Source: Vicugna vicugna (lineage: Eukaryota). Taken from it: a DNA stretch of 64,000 nt. The stretch lies in the NCBI GenBank assembly GCA_013265495.1, contig MU057887.1:1377985-1441984 (forward strand), in the 5' to 3' direction. This document shows, piece by piece, positions 36,322 to 48,257 of the stretch (positions are counted from its first letter, which is position 1; every line of letters begins with the position of its first letter). Position numbers and translations under genes: made by a program. Under the pieces are notes generated by a model. That model saw only the letters and a program-made list of their open reading frames with translations. It ran no database searches and had not been told where the DNA came from.

Positions 36322-37854
36322 AGAGAGAGCCTTCGGCCCGGAACCCCAGGGGAATGAGGCAAGAGAGAGGGAGATGCTGGTGGACCTGCTGAAGTGTTGG
36401 GGACCTAGGCAGGGCTGGACCCTGGCTGCTGGGCCCCACGGGGGACAGGGCCATCCCTCCAGCCCAGCCCGTGGCAGCGGCAGTCACAGGCGCAGCCTTC
36501 CTTAAGAGACTGAGGGCAGAGCATCTGATGGGAACTAGCCGGACCACCCTCCTGGTCCCCGAATGTCACCCACTCCGGGGCCCTGAAATCCCTTCCAGAA
36601 TAATTTCAGTGGAACCTCTCCTGAAACACCAATAGCACTGAGAGGCTACAAAAAGCCCCTGGCCCCGTGGTGGCGCAGGTCAAGTCAGAGGGGCCAGCGC
36701 AGCCCGGGGCTCCCCGGGCAGAAGGCAGCTGCCCTAGCTGTCGGGGTACTGCAGTGACACTGTGACCTCACCCGCAGGCTACCAGGGGCCACAAATGCCC
36801 AGCCTGGCCCCCCCTCAGTGGGGACAACCCCCACCGACAGCAACAGACCATCTTTGCTACTTCCAGGGACCCTTTCCTCCAATCAATGAAGACCCCATGA
36901 ATCATTTTCTTTTGGGGAGAAGATCAAATATTGGCCCAGACATCTATTAATCTACAACTTGCATTGCAACTGCTGAGAACTGAAAATAGGGATTTTTTTT
37001 TCTGGTTAAATATTTGCTAAGAAAATTCCAATCCTAAATTTCAAAGACTGATGACGTCATGAGGATAAGTCACAATTAACCAGAAACTCTCGTGGAAGAA
37101 GCACAGAAGCCACAAAGCGCCCACCCAGTGAGAACATCTTTCAGCAGAGAAATCGTGTCTTCGCATCCTTCCTTCCCTTGGCTTTATTTTATGTTTTTTC
37201 TGGAGTTGAGTCTTTAAATTTACTTTGCTCTCAGGCCTCTTCCCCCTCCGTCCAGATGGTGAAATCCGGTTCCATTTTCCAAAGGGCAGAACACAAGCTC
37301 TGCCCACCTCTGGTCCGGCTCCAGCGGAAGGTGGGCCCCCTTCCTCACACCTGCCCTGTGGGTCTCCTTCCATGGCCTTTCTTAGCGCCCCCTTATTGCT
37401 TCCGCTGAAATTAATGAGCTGTGGGCCTATTCAGAGATGAGGAGCCTCAAAGACTCAAAACTCCACTTTGACGGGATGGGCCCAGGTGTAGGCTCTGCAC
37501 AGACGTGGGGACGCAGCCTCCTTGTCAGGGAGCCTGGGAGGAGGGACACGTCCAGTGAAGCTGACGATGACATCCCGCCGCTGACTCCTCCCAATTCACA
37601 ACACACCCAAAGCCTGAGCATCTCTGGGCTGCCAGGGAGGGATGCTGCAGCCCCACTCCTCCCCCCACCAGGTGTGTGCTCTCTCCGGGGAGGGGGCTGG
37701 GGCTGGGGCTGGGGTGATCCGCTGCCCCCCGTGGACAGACGGGGTGTGTGGAACGGGCTCTGCTCTTGTGATCCACGGTGGGTCTTACTACCCAGATGGC
37801 ACACCTCATGGTCCCCTCTGTTCTGCTCCAAAGATGCTCTTGTGTTGCAGGTTT

Positions 37855-38522
37855 GTTTTTCTTAATTGAAATAGCTGATTTACAATGTTGTGTTAATTTT
37901 TGTGTACAGCATAGTGATTCAGTTATACTGTGTATACATTCATTATATCATGTATATAATATACACATATATTCCTTTTCATATGCTTTCTCATTATAGG
38001 TCATTACAAGATATTGAATAGAGTTCCCCGTGCTGTACAGTAGGACCTTGTTGTTTATTTATTTTCAGTATGGTCGTGTGTATCTGCAAATCCCAAGCTC
38101 TCAATTCATCCATTCCCACTTCCTTCCCCTGCTGGTAACAAGTTTGTTTTCTATGTTTATAAGTGTGTCTCTGTTTTATAAAAATTCATTTGGGTCTTTC
38201 TTTTTTTAGATTCCACATATAAGTGATATCATACGGCATTTTTCTTTCTTTTTCTGGCTTACTTCACCTAGTATATGACAATCTCCAGATCCATCCATGT
38301 TGCTACAAATGGCATTATTTTATTCCTTTTTATGGCTGAGTAGTATTCCATTGTACAAATCTACCATATCTTCTTTACCCAGTCATCTGTCGATGGACAC
38401 TGAGGTTGCTTCCATGTCTTGCCTATTGTAAACAGTGCTGCTATGAACATTGGGGCACATATATTTTTTTGAATTAGAGTTTCCTCTGGACCTATGCCCA
38501 GGAGTGGGACTGCTAGATCTAG
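37855..38522 (-). mobile_element. 5'-truncated L1 (ORF2 end + 3' UTR)
   Basis: ttaattgaaatagctgatttacaatgttg...ttagattccacatataagtgatatc...atgcccaggagtgggactgctagatc. ORF 38361-38597 includes PLLGIGPEETLIQKNICAPMFIAALFTIGKTWKQPQCPS, the L1 ORF2 C-terminus. Confidence 0.92.
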
Positions 38523-38547
38523 ATTCCTTAAGAAGCAAGTACTTTTT

Positions 38548-38699
38548 TTTTTTAGATTTTCATTTTTTACTTTACTTTTTTTGGTTGGGGGAGGCAATTA
38601 GGTTTATTTATTTATTTTTAGAGGAGGTGCTGGGGATTGAACCCAGGACCTTGTGCATGCTAAGCCTGTGCTCTACCTCTTGAGCTATATGGTCCCCCC
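38548..38699 (-). mobile_element. tRNA-derived SINE (Vic-1-like) with 18-bp TSD
   Basis: ggaggcaattaggtttatttattt...ggtgctggggattgaacccaggaccttgtgcatgctaagc...tgagctata; aagaagcaagtacttttt at 38530-38547 and 38700-38717. Confidence 0.9.
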
Positions 38700-39260
38700 A
38701 AGAAGCAAGTACTTTTTAAAGCCGCACATCAGGAATGTTCTCCAAGAGGCATCCGGGCCCCACGTTCCTCTGCCCACCTGTCAGCCCCTGTTCCCTGAAG
38801 GCAGGGGTCTCACCACTGTTCCCACCCCTGCAGGCCACCTGGAGTAGCTCTCCACTGAGCACCTACTGTGCGCCTGGCCAGGGCCTCCCACCCCTGCCCC
38901 TCCTCCATGTAATGCCCCTCACACACATCTACACAGTCGCACACACACAGTCACACACACTTCTGAGGTTCCAAAGGAGAATGCCAGCTCCAAGTTCTTC
39001 CAAGGGCGCCTTTAGCCTGGGTCTAAACAGATGGAAGAGATTAATCTAATATCAGGCATCCTATCATTAAGTGATTAAGGGGTGACTTAAACGTAACAAA
39101 TTGCATTTCCCTCGTGCATCCCCCAAGGGTGCTGGAAAGGATACCTGAGTTCGCTGTATTTACATTTCATTTAGAATTAAACGGTATTTGGTATGATAAA
39201 CCTTTTTAATGATCCTAATCTGCAACCCAAACTCAAGAAACTAATTAAAATTGCCGTCAC

Positions 39261-39400
39261 TCATTAATTCAACAAATACTAGTAGCTCTCTGTGTTCCAG
39301 GCCCAGAGCTAGGGAGGCCAAGAGGAGAAACCACACTGCTGCCCTCAGGGCATCTTCAAACTAACAGGGGTGACAGAGGGAGCCACAGACAATAGTAGTG
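39261..39400 (-). mobile_element. L2 3'-end fragment
   Basis: tcattaattcaacaaatact...tgtgttccaggcccagagctaggg...ctgccctcaggg. Confidence 0.55.
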
Positions 39401-41414
39401 TGGAAAGTGCCATGGGGGGCGTCCAGGGTGACAGTGGAGGTGGGGGAGGGGCATCCAGGGAGCTGGCAGGAGGTGGGGGGAGGGGCCTGCCCTGAGCTGC
39501 AGGAGGGCAGGTACCGCAGCTGGGTGAAGGCCTGTGGTCAGCATGTGCTCAGGGCTTCTACCTGTCCCTGTTATGTCACTGCACCTGGTGACAATGGCAG
39601 CTGGGGCTGCCCCACCTCCCGTTCAGAGCAGAGCTATACCCCAGCTATACACCCACCCCACTGGGCCTAGAGGGGCATAGTGGCCGGCAGGGACACGGAG
39701 ACATCGGGATGGCCTGGGAGGCTGAAGCCTCAGGTGTGTCTGGGGGTCCTGGCTGCCAAGTCCAGTGAAGGAGCCCAGCCTGTCCTGCTTCTAGGCCTCG
39801 GGCCCCGCCGGTCACCCACACAGGTCAACGCGAGTGGGGAGGAGGACACGAGGCGCTGGGGGCGTCCGAAGAGGCTCTGGGAACCACGTGTGTGCGTGTG
39901 TTCGCGTGTGCACACATGTGCTGTCACGCAGTGGGAGCACCGGGGGGAACACGGCTTAAATTGCCTGTGTGCCCCACTCCACGGACAGCACCTCCGGAGG
40001 GCAGGAGGGCAGAGAGAGGCCTGGCACCGGGGGGGCCCCAGCACAGGCCTGACGGAAGCGGGGGCGTTTCTAGAAACAGCGGTCTTCTGCTGGAGAGCGG
40101 GAGCCGCTGCTTTGCACTGCGGTGCTCCTCTGTTTAGCACGTGGCATTTGGGGTCTTGGTGGCAGGAAGGGATAAATCAGCTGCGATCCCACACAGCCCA
40201 CAGCCAGGGCCAGCCCCTTCCTGCCGGTGACAACACTGGCCTGAAAAGTAGCTGCCAGGAGCTTAGTTCTGTGGTGGAACCTTATTTTCAGTCTGTAACC
40301 AGTCCTAGGGATGCGTACGTGCTTTTTCCTTGTTTAAAATTGTTAACCAACAAACTGCCACTGTCCCCAGTTCTTCCAGTTGTCCCAGACCAAAGGGCCA
40401 GCCAGTGATAATCCCGGAGCAACACCACAGGCCCGGGGTGGGGGAGGGGGTGCCTTTCTGTCAAGCACTTTAACTATTAACCCAAGACGCAGCTTTCCCA
40501 CCGCTGCTGCTCCGGGGACAGCGAGGCCATAATTTATCACCACCGGGAAGAATCTAATGGCCACAGGAGGAAGGAGGCCCAAGCTCGGCACCCAGGCCTC
40601 TGCAGGTGCCGAGTGGCCGTCACGCCCCTTCTAATCAGAGGGGCAGCTGCTGCTCAGATTCCGAGGGACCCCCGAAGCCCAAGTGCCCCGGCCTCTGCCG
40701 GCTGCCAAGACCCGCGTTCAGACTGTCCAGGAAATGCCAGTGTTTCGGGGTTCCAAGGACAAGTCCTCCGGGCCAGAGAGCAGACCCAGACCTCGGCCAC
40801 CCCACCTGGCCCTTCCCCTGTTGGTCTCAGCGTCCTCACCCTACAGGGTGTCACCTGGACACATCCACCTGGACTAGGGTCCCGGCCTCCTCCAGCCGGA
40901 AGAGCCCCCGAGACCACAAGGTCCTGCTCCACGATGTACATGTGATGGGACGGAGGTGGACCAGGGCTCTCCAGGTCACCTGGAGAGGTTCCAGCCCAGC
41001 CGGGCTCCTGAAATTCTCTCCCTGCAGCAGCCTCCACCTAAATGTTCCTGTTCTCAGTCTAAACGACTTCTGGCCCAGTAAGAGACAAATAGAAAGCCAC
41101 TCACTTGTGCACTCTAGGACCATAATCTTTTTACTCAAAAGATACTTCTGAAATACGACCTGCAGTGAAACGCACAGAACGGAGGTCACCCCGGGCAGCT
41201 GCCCTCCACCACTCCCACGGCGCGGGAGGCCGCCTGCAGACAGCAGGGGCCCCGGGGGTCGCTTGTGGACCAGAAACACCCGCAGCACCATCTCCCGCAG
41301 CCTCTGCACCTGCCTGTCCCGGGGCCTTATCATCAACCGACCTCCGCGAGCGCCCAGCCTGTGGGACGCAGCTCTGGTACGTCATCTGAATCCTCCACGG
41401 GGTCCTGCCCGGCG

Positions 41415-41510
41415 GCTTTCATCCCGTGTCTTACAGCCCAGGCCTCGGAGGGTCAGGGGGTTAAGTGACTTGCCCAGGGTCACCCGGCTGGTTAATGAGG
41501 TGCCAAAATG
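41415..41510. mobile_element. MIR fragment
   Basis: tcatcccgtgtcttacag...gggttaagtgacttgcccagggtcacccggctggttaatg. Confidence 0.65.
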
Positions 41511-41673
41511 CAAGCCCACGTCCTGCAGGGGTTCCAAGCTCCAGGCAGCCCCCCGCCCCGCTGCCTCTCGCATGGAGGAGGGCTTCCTGGCACGGCTGGA
41601 GTCAGGACACCCCCCCACCCAGCACAGGAAGGGGCTCTGCTGAATCCACACCCCACATCCAGATCTCCTAAAG

Positions 41674-41803
41674 CAGGGCTTCTCCACCCCAGCACTTGGA
41701 CACTGGGGTTGGCACATTCCTTGCTGCGCGGGGCTGCGTCCCCTGCATCGGGGACACTGAGAAGCACCTGTGGCCTCTACTCAGCAGATGCCCGTAGCAC
41801 CCC
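41674..41803 (-). mobile_element. MER20 fragment (hAT-Charlie)
   Basis: cagggcttctccaccccagcact...ggcctctactcagcagatgcccgtagcacccc resembles antisense MER20. Confidence 0.65.
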
Positions 41804-42339
41804 TGTGTTGTGGCCTCTGGTCTGTGTGCTTTCACTTGCCCACGGGGAGCCTGAGGGGTGCCTCCTCTGTCTAGAAAGTTTGCTGGGCCCCAGCGCCTTC
41901 AGGGACAGTAATAAACTGGGCTAGGAGGTAGTGTGACATCTGGGTGCCCAGGGGCCTGGAGGAGCCGTGTGTGACCACCGTGCAGGACCCCTGCCTGTGG
42001 GTGTAGGGCCTGCCGGTTTAGATGGAATAGATTAGACCCAGCTGATAAGAAAGTAAACTGTAAGACAGGTCCAAAGGGGATATTCAGAATGAAGCACATG
42101 CAGGAAAAAAAAGAAAAAAGAGGCAGGCCCAGAACCTGTCCTCCTGGAGAGAGGTCGGCTCTCTGATGTCCCCCCCCATTCCTTGCGACACTGTTAAACA
42201 GGCGGAGTCTGCTCTCTGGGCTCTCCGGTCAATCCCGCTGGCCTGTCTGGCTATCCCCGGCCACTGGCAGAGCCTCTTAATTACAACGGCTTTCTAATAA
42301 GCCCTGACATGCAGCCGACCAAATCCTCCCAAATCCTTC

Positions 42340-43012
42340 AAGATTGCCTTGGCTCTTCTCTGTCTGCTTCATTTACATACAATCTTATTTACATATAAAC
42401 ACATATGTAAATTAATGTGTAACTTATACATGTAAATTTACGTGTATTTGCGTGTAAATTTATATACATTTACATACAAGTTTTATAATCAACTTGTCCA
42501 TTTTTAAAATTTCCCCTAAAAATCCTGTAGGTTTTGGTTAGCACTGCTCTGAATCTATGGTTAGTCTGGGAATAAAAGACATCTTTACAATTTTGTCATC
42601 TAAACCATGAACATGGTTAATCCTTTCATTTATGGAAGTCTTCCTGAATTTCTCACAGTAATGTTTTATTGGTTTCTGCTCATCTTTTATTAGACTTGTT
42701 TCTGGTTATTTGATCTTCCATGTTATTGAAAATAATATATCTCATCTTCTTTTCCATTTACGGTTGGTACACAGGAACACATTTGATTTCATATATTACT
42801 CAGGTTTCCAGCAATTCTGCTGAATTTCCTTATTATTAATCATTTACTTGCAGATTCTTTGGGATTTTCTTTGTATGTAATCATATCATCTGTGAATAGT
42901 AGCAATTTTATTATTTACAGATTATATTATTCACAATAATAATGGTGTTAAGTTTACAGCTAATTTTTTTCCTGTCTTACTGCATTGGCTGACTTCCAGT
43001 ATAATGTTGTAT
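42340..43012 (-). mobile_element. Ancient L1 ORF2 fragment
   Basis: aatcaacttgtcca...tgaatctatgg..agtctgggaataaaagacatctttacaat...ccatgaacatgg...gattctttgggattttct...tcatatcatctgtgaatag. Confidence 0.75.
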
Positions 43013-43339
43013 ACCCAGCATCTAAAACAAAGTCTGGCCTATAGTAGAAACCAAATGGACATTGACTGAGTGACATGGGCTCACTCATTACCAGCAACAA
43101 GTGTCACCACAAGTCTCGGGTCAAGAGTTGACTCTTGGACGTCATGCCAGGAGATCCTAACCCTGCTTGTTGGCAAATGAATAAGGATGGTGTGGGGTCT
43201 GAGAGGGTAAAAACCACCAGACCACAAAACAAGACAGGAAGAAAGGGAGACAGAAAATAACTGAAAGGAAGGAATAAAACCTATGTTGTTTTGAGTCAAT
43301 ATAGCAGCTCTCCCAGAGAATCGATTGAGAAATTGTTTT

Positions 43340-44690
43340 AATTAACAAGAGAGCTTGAGAAGGTGGCTGCGTGCAAAATCTCCAGACAAAAATCCATCAC
43401 TTTACAACACCCAGCAAGAGTCAGTTAGAAAAATAATGGAAAACAACCAAGTCGTTATCACAACAGCAACAAAACCCATAAAATCCCAGAAATGAGCCTA
43501 AAATGAAATCTGTACGTGGAAAACATGATTCATTTGTCTACAGCACATAAAAGATAACATCCAGGTGGGGGGAGGGTATAGCTCAAGTGATAGAGCACGT
43601 GCTTAGTATGCACGAGGTCCCAGGTTCAATCCCCAGTACCTCCTCCAAATATAAATAAGTAAATGTGATTACCATCCCCTCAAAAAAGATGACATCAAGA
43701 AATGAAGAAACATAGCACGTTTCTAAACAGAAAAACAACATTGTAAAGATGTGACGTTGTCCCAAAGCGGATGAGCTTCCTGGACCTGCTGTAACAAAGA
43801 GACACAAACTGGGCGGTGTCAACACTGCTCCATCGACACATCCTCCTCTCTGTGTCTTCTGCTCTGCGCGGCTCAGGACTTGTCCCTGGATTTAAGCCCG
43901 TCCTAGTTCAAGATAATTTCATCTTGAGATTCTTAACTGTATCTGCAAAGATCCTTTTTCCAAACAAGGTAACACCTACCACTTCCAGAGAGAAAAATCC
44001 CTAAGAATAGCCCAAGAAAATTATGAGAAAGAACAACGTGAGGAACTATGTGCCACTGGCTCTCAGAACACGCTACGACACACATGTAATTAAAACAGTG
44101 TGGTGGGGTGGGGTGGGGACAGACAGCCACGTGCGAGGGTGAGAGACAGTCCCGCTTACGTGGCTGTGGGCATGCAGTGTGTGATCAAAGTGGCATTTCA
44201 AGGAGCAGGGGAGGGACTGGGTGAATAAGAGATACTGAGACAACTGGAAAAACTAAACCTTTACTTTGTACCGTTACCCCCAAATTAACTCAATAAATTA
44301 AAGAGCCATATGTGATAGGAAGACTGTAAAAAAATTAAAATAAAACATGGGACACTTTTATAATCCTGGGGACAGGAATGCTAAATCCCTGGGGAAAGAC
44401 AGACGGGGGGGCTGGCAGGTCCCAGAAGAAATGCAAATGGCTGATAAACATTTGAAAAGAAACTCCACCTCAGAGGAAACAGAGGAAAGCAAAACTTCAA
44501 CAGAGGGCTATTTTTCACCCGTCAGATATTGGCGAACATTTTAGACAATGGTAACATCAAGTCTGGGGAGGGCACGGATTAGAAGCTTCCGAGCCAGTGG
44601 CAAGACTGTTGACTAGTGATGCCTTTTTAGAAGACAATTTGGTAACTTGATCAAAATTGAAACACCCCGTATCTTTGAAGCAGCAAATCC
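43340..44690 (+). mobile_element. Ancient L1 fragments interrupted by a SINE and a MaLR fragment (~43775-43990)
   Basis: agaaggtggctg..tgcaaaatc; atagcccaagaaaattatgagaaag; aaagtggcatttcaa; aaatgcaaatggctgataaacatttgaaaaga. MaLR: ttaactgtatctgcaaagatcctttttccaaacaaggt. Confidence 0.6.
43567..43683 (+). mobile_element. tRNA-derived SINE (Vic-1-like)
   Basis: gggagggtatagctcaagtgatagagcacgtgcttagtatgcacgaggtcccaggttcaatccccagtacctcc with A- and B-boxes visible; imperfect TSD aaaagataacatccag / aaaagatgacatcaag. Confidence 0.9.
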
Positions 44691-44692
44691 AC

Positions 44693-44695
44693 TTT

Positions 44696-44734
<39 letters not shown>

Positions 44735-44834
44735 TTCATTCATTCATTCATTTTAAATGGAGGTGCTGGGAACTGAACCCAGGACCCTATGCATGCTAAG
44801 CACCTGCTCTACCACTGAACTATACCCACCGCCC
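44693..44834 (-). mobile_element. tRNA-derived SINE (Vic-1-like) with (TTTA)n(TTCA)n tail microsatellite
   Basis: ggaggtgctgggaactgaacccaggaccctatgcatgctaagcacctgctctaccactgaactataccc preceded by tetranucleotide repeats. Confidence 0.88.
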
Positions 44835-45379
44835 ATTTTTTAAAAACCCATTTCTACTCATCAGTTCTCAGGAAGCCCTGGTGCGCACGCCCGAAGACCT
44901 CTACCCCAAGGTACTCACTGCTGTGTTACAACAGCAAGACATGGAACACAGCCCAGCCTCCATCAGTCCCCTAGCCACGACCCCGGGGGATTCCGCAGGA
45001 ACTTCTGGGACTGGACCCAGCCATTCCGCCTGGTGCCCCTGGCCTCTCCACCCTTGCCCCTCCTCTGCCAGCATCCTCTGCTTTCGCCTTTCAGAACTCC
45101 AAGCCGCCAGGTGCCAGCAGTTCCACCAGCTTCCTTCTGGATCCTTCTGACCTGTAGGCTTGAAACCTTTCCACTGCCTGCACGCCCCTCCCAAAAGCCA
45201 GACTCCTGCCCTCTCCTCTCCTCTGGAACACTCCAGGCCCCCGTGAGTGACGGCCGCCCCCAGGATGATTTCTGTAAATCCCGGTCCCTCAACCTGCCCT
45301 AAGGCCACCCCAGCCCCTCGCCCACAGCGCTGGTCTAACGGGAGAGCTGAGCGCACAGCCCCCCTGGAGACGCAAGGAC

Positions 45380-46000
45380 TCGAGGAAAGTTGGCGGTAAC
45401 AGGCTGCAAACCCCCGTGCGGAGGAGTTCCAACCGCCTGCGGGAGATGCTCCTCCTACGGAGCTGCTTCGGCCCCTCCCCCAGGGGCCCGGATCGCGTTC
45501 GCCGCGGCGGCGGTAACCATGGAAACGGGCCGCCGCGCGCGGGCGGGCGGGCGGTTGATGAGTAACCCCGGGACAATGACAGCGGCGGCTCTGTGCTTAT
45601 TCAGAGGCCCGGCGGGCTGGATGGGGGCCCAGCACAAAGGCCACTGGCAAAATGACGAGGGACAGGCTTCCACAGGGGGCGTGCATGGCCCCACAACCGC
45701 CACAAAAGAACAGAGGCCCGGCCACACCTGCGCTTTTTGAGCTTTTTGATCTTCGGGGGAATTCGCAGCAGTGCGGCTGGGGGTCCTTGGTCAGAGGTCA
45801 TTTTCCTTAAGGGCCCTTTATGACCACTATCCGGGCTGCGTTCTCCGCGACCTGCAGTCTCAGATGGAACCACAGTCTCGTCCCCGCGCCTGGAGTGGGA
45901 ACACGAGTGGCGCGTCGCCGGGAGGCCTCCGCCGTGCTCACCGCCTCCGGCTCGGTGGCAGGGCTGGCGGTGCGCACCCCGGAGCTGGCGGAGGCCCCTC
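45380..46000. promoter_or_regulatory. CpG-dense intronic element with an RFX X-box (candidate enhancer)
   Basis: High CpG density (cgcgttcgccgcggcggcgg...gccgccgcgcgcgggcgggcgggcgg); GTAACCATGGAAAC at 45513-45526. Confidence 0.5.
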
Positions 46001-46380
46001 ACAGCTGAAAACCAGTCCGCTCCCAGGACACACACTCGACATCACAATTTTAACAGCCCCCCTCCCACCAAAGGCAGAAGGAGAATGTTACTTTTTTTTC
46101 AATCAAACATCACCCTTTGGCATTTCAACATATCCCATAAGAAATAACTGAACACCTCTTTCCACTAACCCGGTAGTAACCTCTCGAGAAAAGAATTTCT
46201 GAGTATCTTTTTCATCCTCTCTGACATAATCATGGGCTCCTTGACCTGAAGAGAAAGGAACAAGATGTTTTTAAAGAATGCCCAAGAATCCCTAAAACGT
46301 AGCACAGGGATGACTGACCACTGCCTGTGGAGAGTGAGCTGCCCAGGCGTACCCCTGGGAGGGGCTGGGTGCCCCTTGGG

Positions 46381-46637
46381 ACACACACACACACACACAC
46401 ACACACGACACACAGCACACACACATCACAAACACCACACACCACACACACACCACACACACACACCACACACACACCACACACATACACACACCACACA
46501 CACACCACACACATACACACCACACACACACCACACACACCACACACACACCACACACACACACCACACACACACCACGCACACCACACACATACACACA
46601 CACCACACACCACACACATACACACACACCACACACC
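46381..46637. repeat. Compound (CA)n / (CACACAC-CA)n simple repeat
   Basis: Seen directly; it produces the His/Thr and Cys/Val ORFs in the track. Confidence 0.95.
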
Positions 46638-47267
46638 CCAGCACTTGGGTAGCATCTGAAGGATCTAGCTGGACACACCCACGCCAACGGTGACCCCCCA
46701 TCTCTGTCCCCACCCCTTCGGGAGGCTTTGTTACTGGAGAGGCTCTTCCGGGTGAGGCTCCTTCCTGGTGACATAAGTGGTTTTGGATGCACAAGGCTCA
46801 ACTGGCTCTACCTAGGGGGCCTCTGGCCCTCGTAGGGACAGGACCTAAAAACCCAGCAGGCTCAGAGCCTGCACCCCTGGGAGTAGAGTCCTGCACCCAG
46901 GAATCCCACCTGCCTGTGGTCTCGTGGTGTCCAATCCACCTCCAGGGGCCTTGTGCTGCCCAAGTCCAGCCAGGAGGTCAGCTGGAGCCTGTGCCACAAA
47001 ATCTAGCATCTGCTTCCAGAGGCCCCGCGCGGACACCGGGCCTGCAGGCTTCGACCCTGCTGGGATCTGCTTCCTAACGGCTGTCGGCCTGGGCAGGGGC
47101 TCGGCCCGAGGCCCCCTTTTCTTCCACCACCTCGTAGTGGTGGAGCTGCTGGTGGTCACTGCGGAGAGAACTAAGTGACAGTGACATCAGCCGGCGTGGT
47201 CAGTTTCCAGCAAGGCGTCACCAAGGGGCCAGAGGCTGGGCGGGTGGGGATCACTACCCCTCCTGCC

Positions 47268-47365
47268 TTCATTTACTCATCACACAATCCTGTAAGGTCA
47301 GCAGAACTGTCCCCATTTTAAAGAGCAGAAACTGGGACTCTGAGTACATTGTCCCAGGGCGCAAA
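47268..47365. mobile_element. MIR fragment
   Basis: tcacacaatcctgtaaggt...tgtccccattttaaagagcagaaactgggactctgag. Confidence 0.65.
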
Positions 47366-47379
47366 GAAACCAAGAATGA

Positions 47380-48257
47380 AATGGCCTCTGCAGAAATATT
47401 TAGGACATTTATGACGTACAAAGATACCATCAAGTTAAAAGAAAAATTCAAAATGACAAAAAAAACATTGTGGGACATATAAAGATAAGGTATATATAAA
47501 GATATCTTATAAATATACAAAGAGCAAATGTAAATTAATAAAAGATGAGTAATCTGACTGGAAAAGTTGACTGGCAACTCACAGAAGAAATAGGAATGGT
47601 AGATGAAACACTGCTCCTTTTCCCTAAAGACAGGTGTGCACATCAAAAAAGGAAGACATTTATTTTTACCTACAGGATTAGAAAAGATGAAAAAGACTGC
47701 TCTTTCCAACAATGATGCAAATTCAGAGGACTGTCATCCTCTGCTCACTCTAGTACAAACCAGTCCAAACTTTCCAAAGGCAATTTGACCAAGGTCATCC
47801 GGGTACAAAGTCGGCAGAACTTCGGCACCAGTCATTTCACTTCTAGGAATCTGTTACTCGAAATAACCTCAAGAAGTAAAACATATACACCATACTAATG
47901 TTCACGGCAACACTGAGAAAAAAGAGAACCTGGAAACAGACACTAAGAGGGAGCTTGCTGAAGCATCACAGGACACCCCGACAGTGGCCGATGGACCAAG
48001 GGTTTCAGAAGAGCAAGGTCGATCTTCCTGTGTGGGAATGGGGAGTCCACGGCGGTCCACTTGAAAGAGCACGCCGCACTTGGGGTGGACGAGGGAGCGA
48101 AGAGGAAATCCCACAGGTGTCTACACCCCCAGAAAACTGCACAGACGGATTCGCAGGAAGCGTGACTTTCCACTTTGCACACGTCCAGTGATTCGAATTT
48201 TTACAAGGTTGTTTTACTCTTCAATTAGTAAGACTCTTAAGAATTAAAAAAAAAAAA
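47380..48257 (+). mobile_element. Ancient L1 (L1ME-like) 3' fragments
   Basis: A-rich; ggcaactcacagaagaa; tttttacctacaggattagaaaagatgaaaaag; aaggcaatttgac; catttcacttctaggaatct. Confidence 0.55.

Noticed and set aside
43567..43645. tRNA gene
   Set aside because: The tRNA-like head is followed by a SINE body, A-rich tail and TSD, and has multiple diverged siblings in the window.
42340..44100. Inverted L1 pair as a twin-priming product or long hairpin
   Set aside because: The two opposite-strand pieces cover overlapping ORF2 regions and are highly diverged from each other, which fits independent ancient insertions.
46230..46801. His/Thr-rich and Cys/Val-rich 'metal-binding' ORFs (also 12515-13447 and 62787-63621)
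   Set aside because: They are translations of (CA)n/(TG)n/(CACCAT)n simple repeats.
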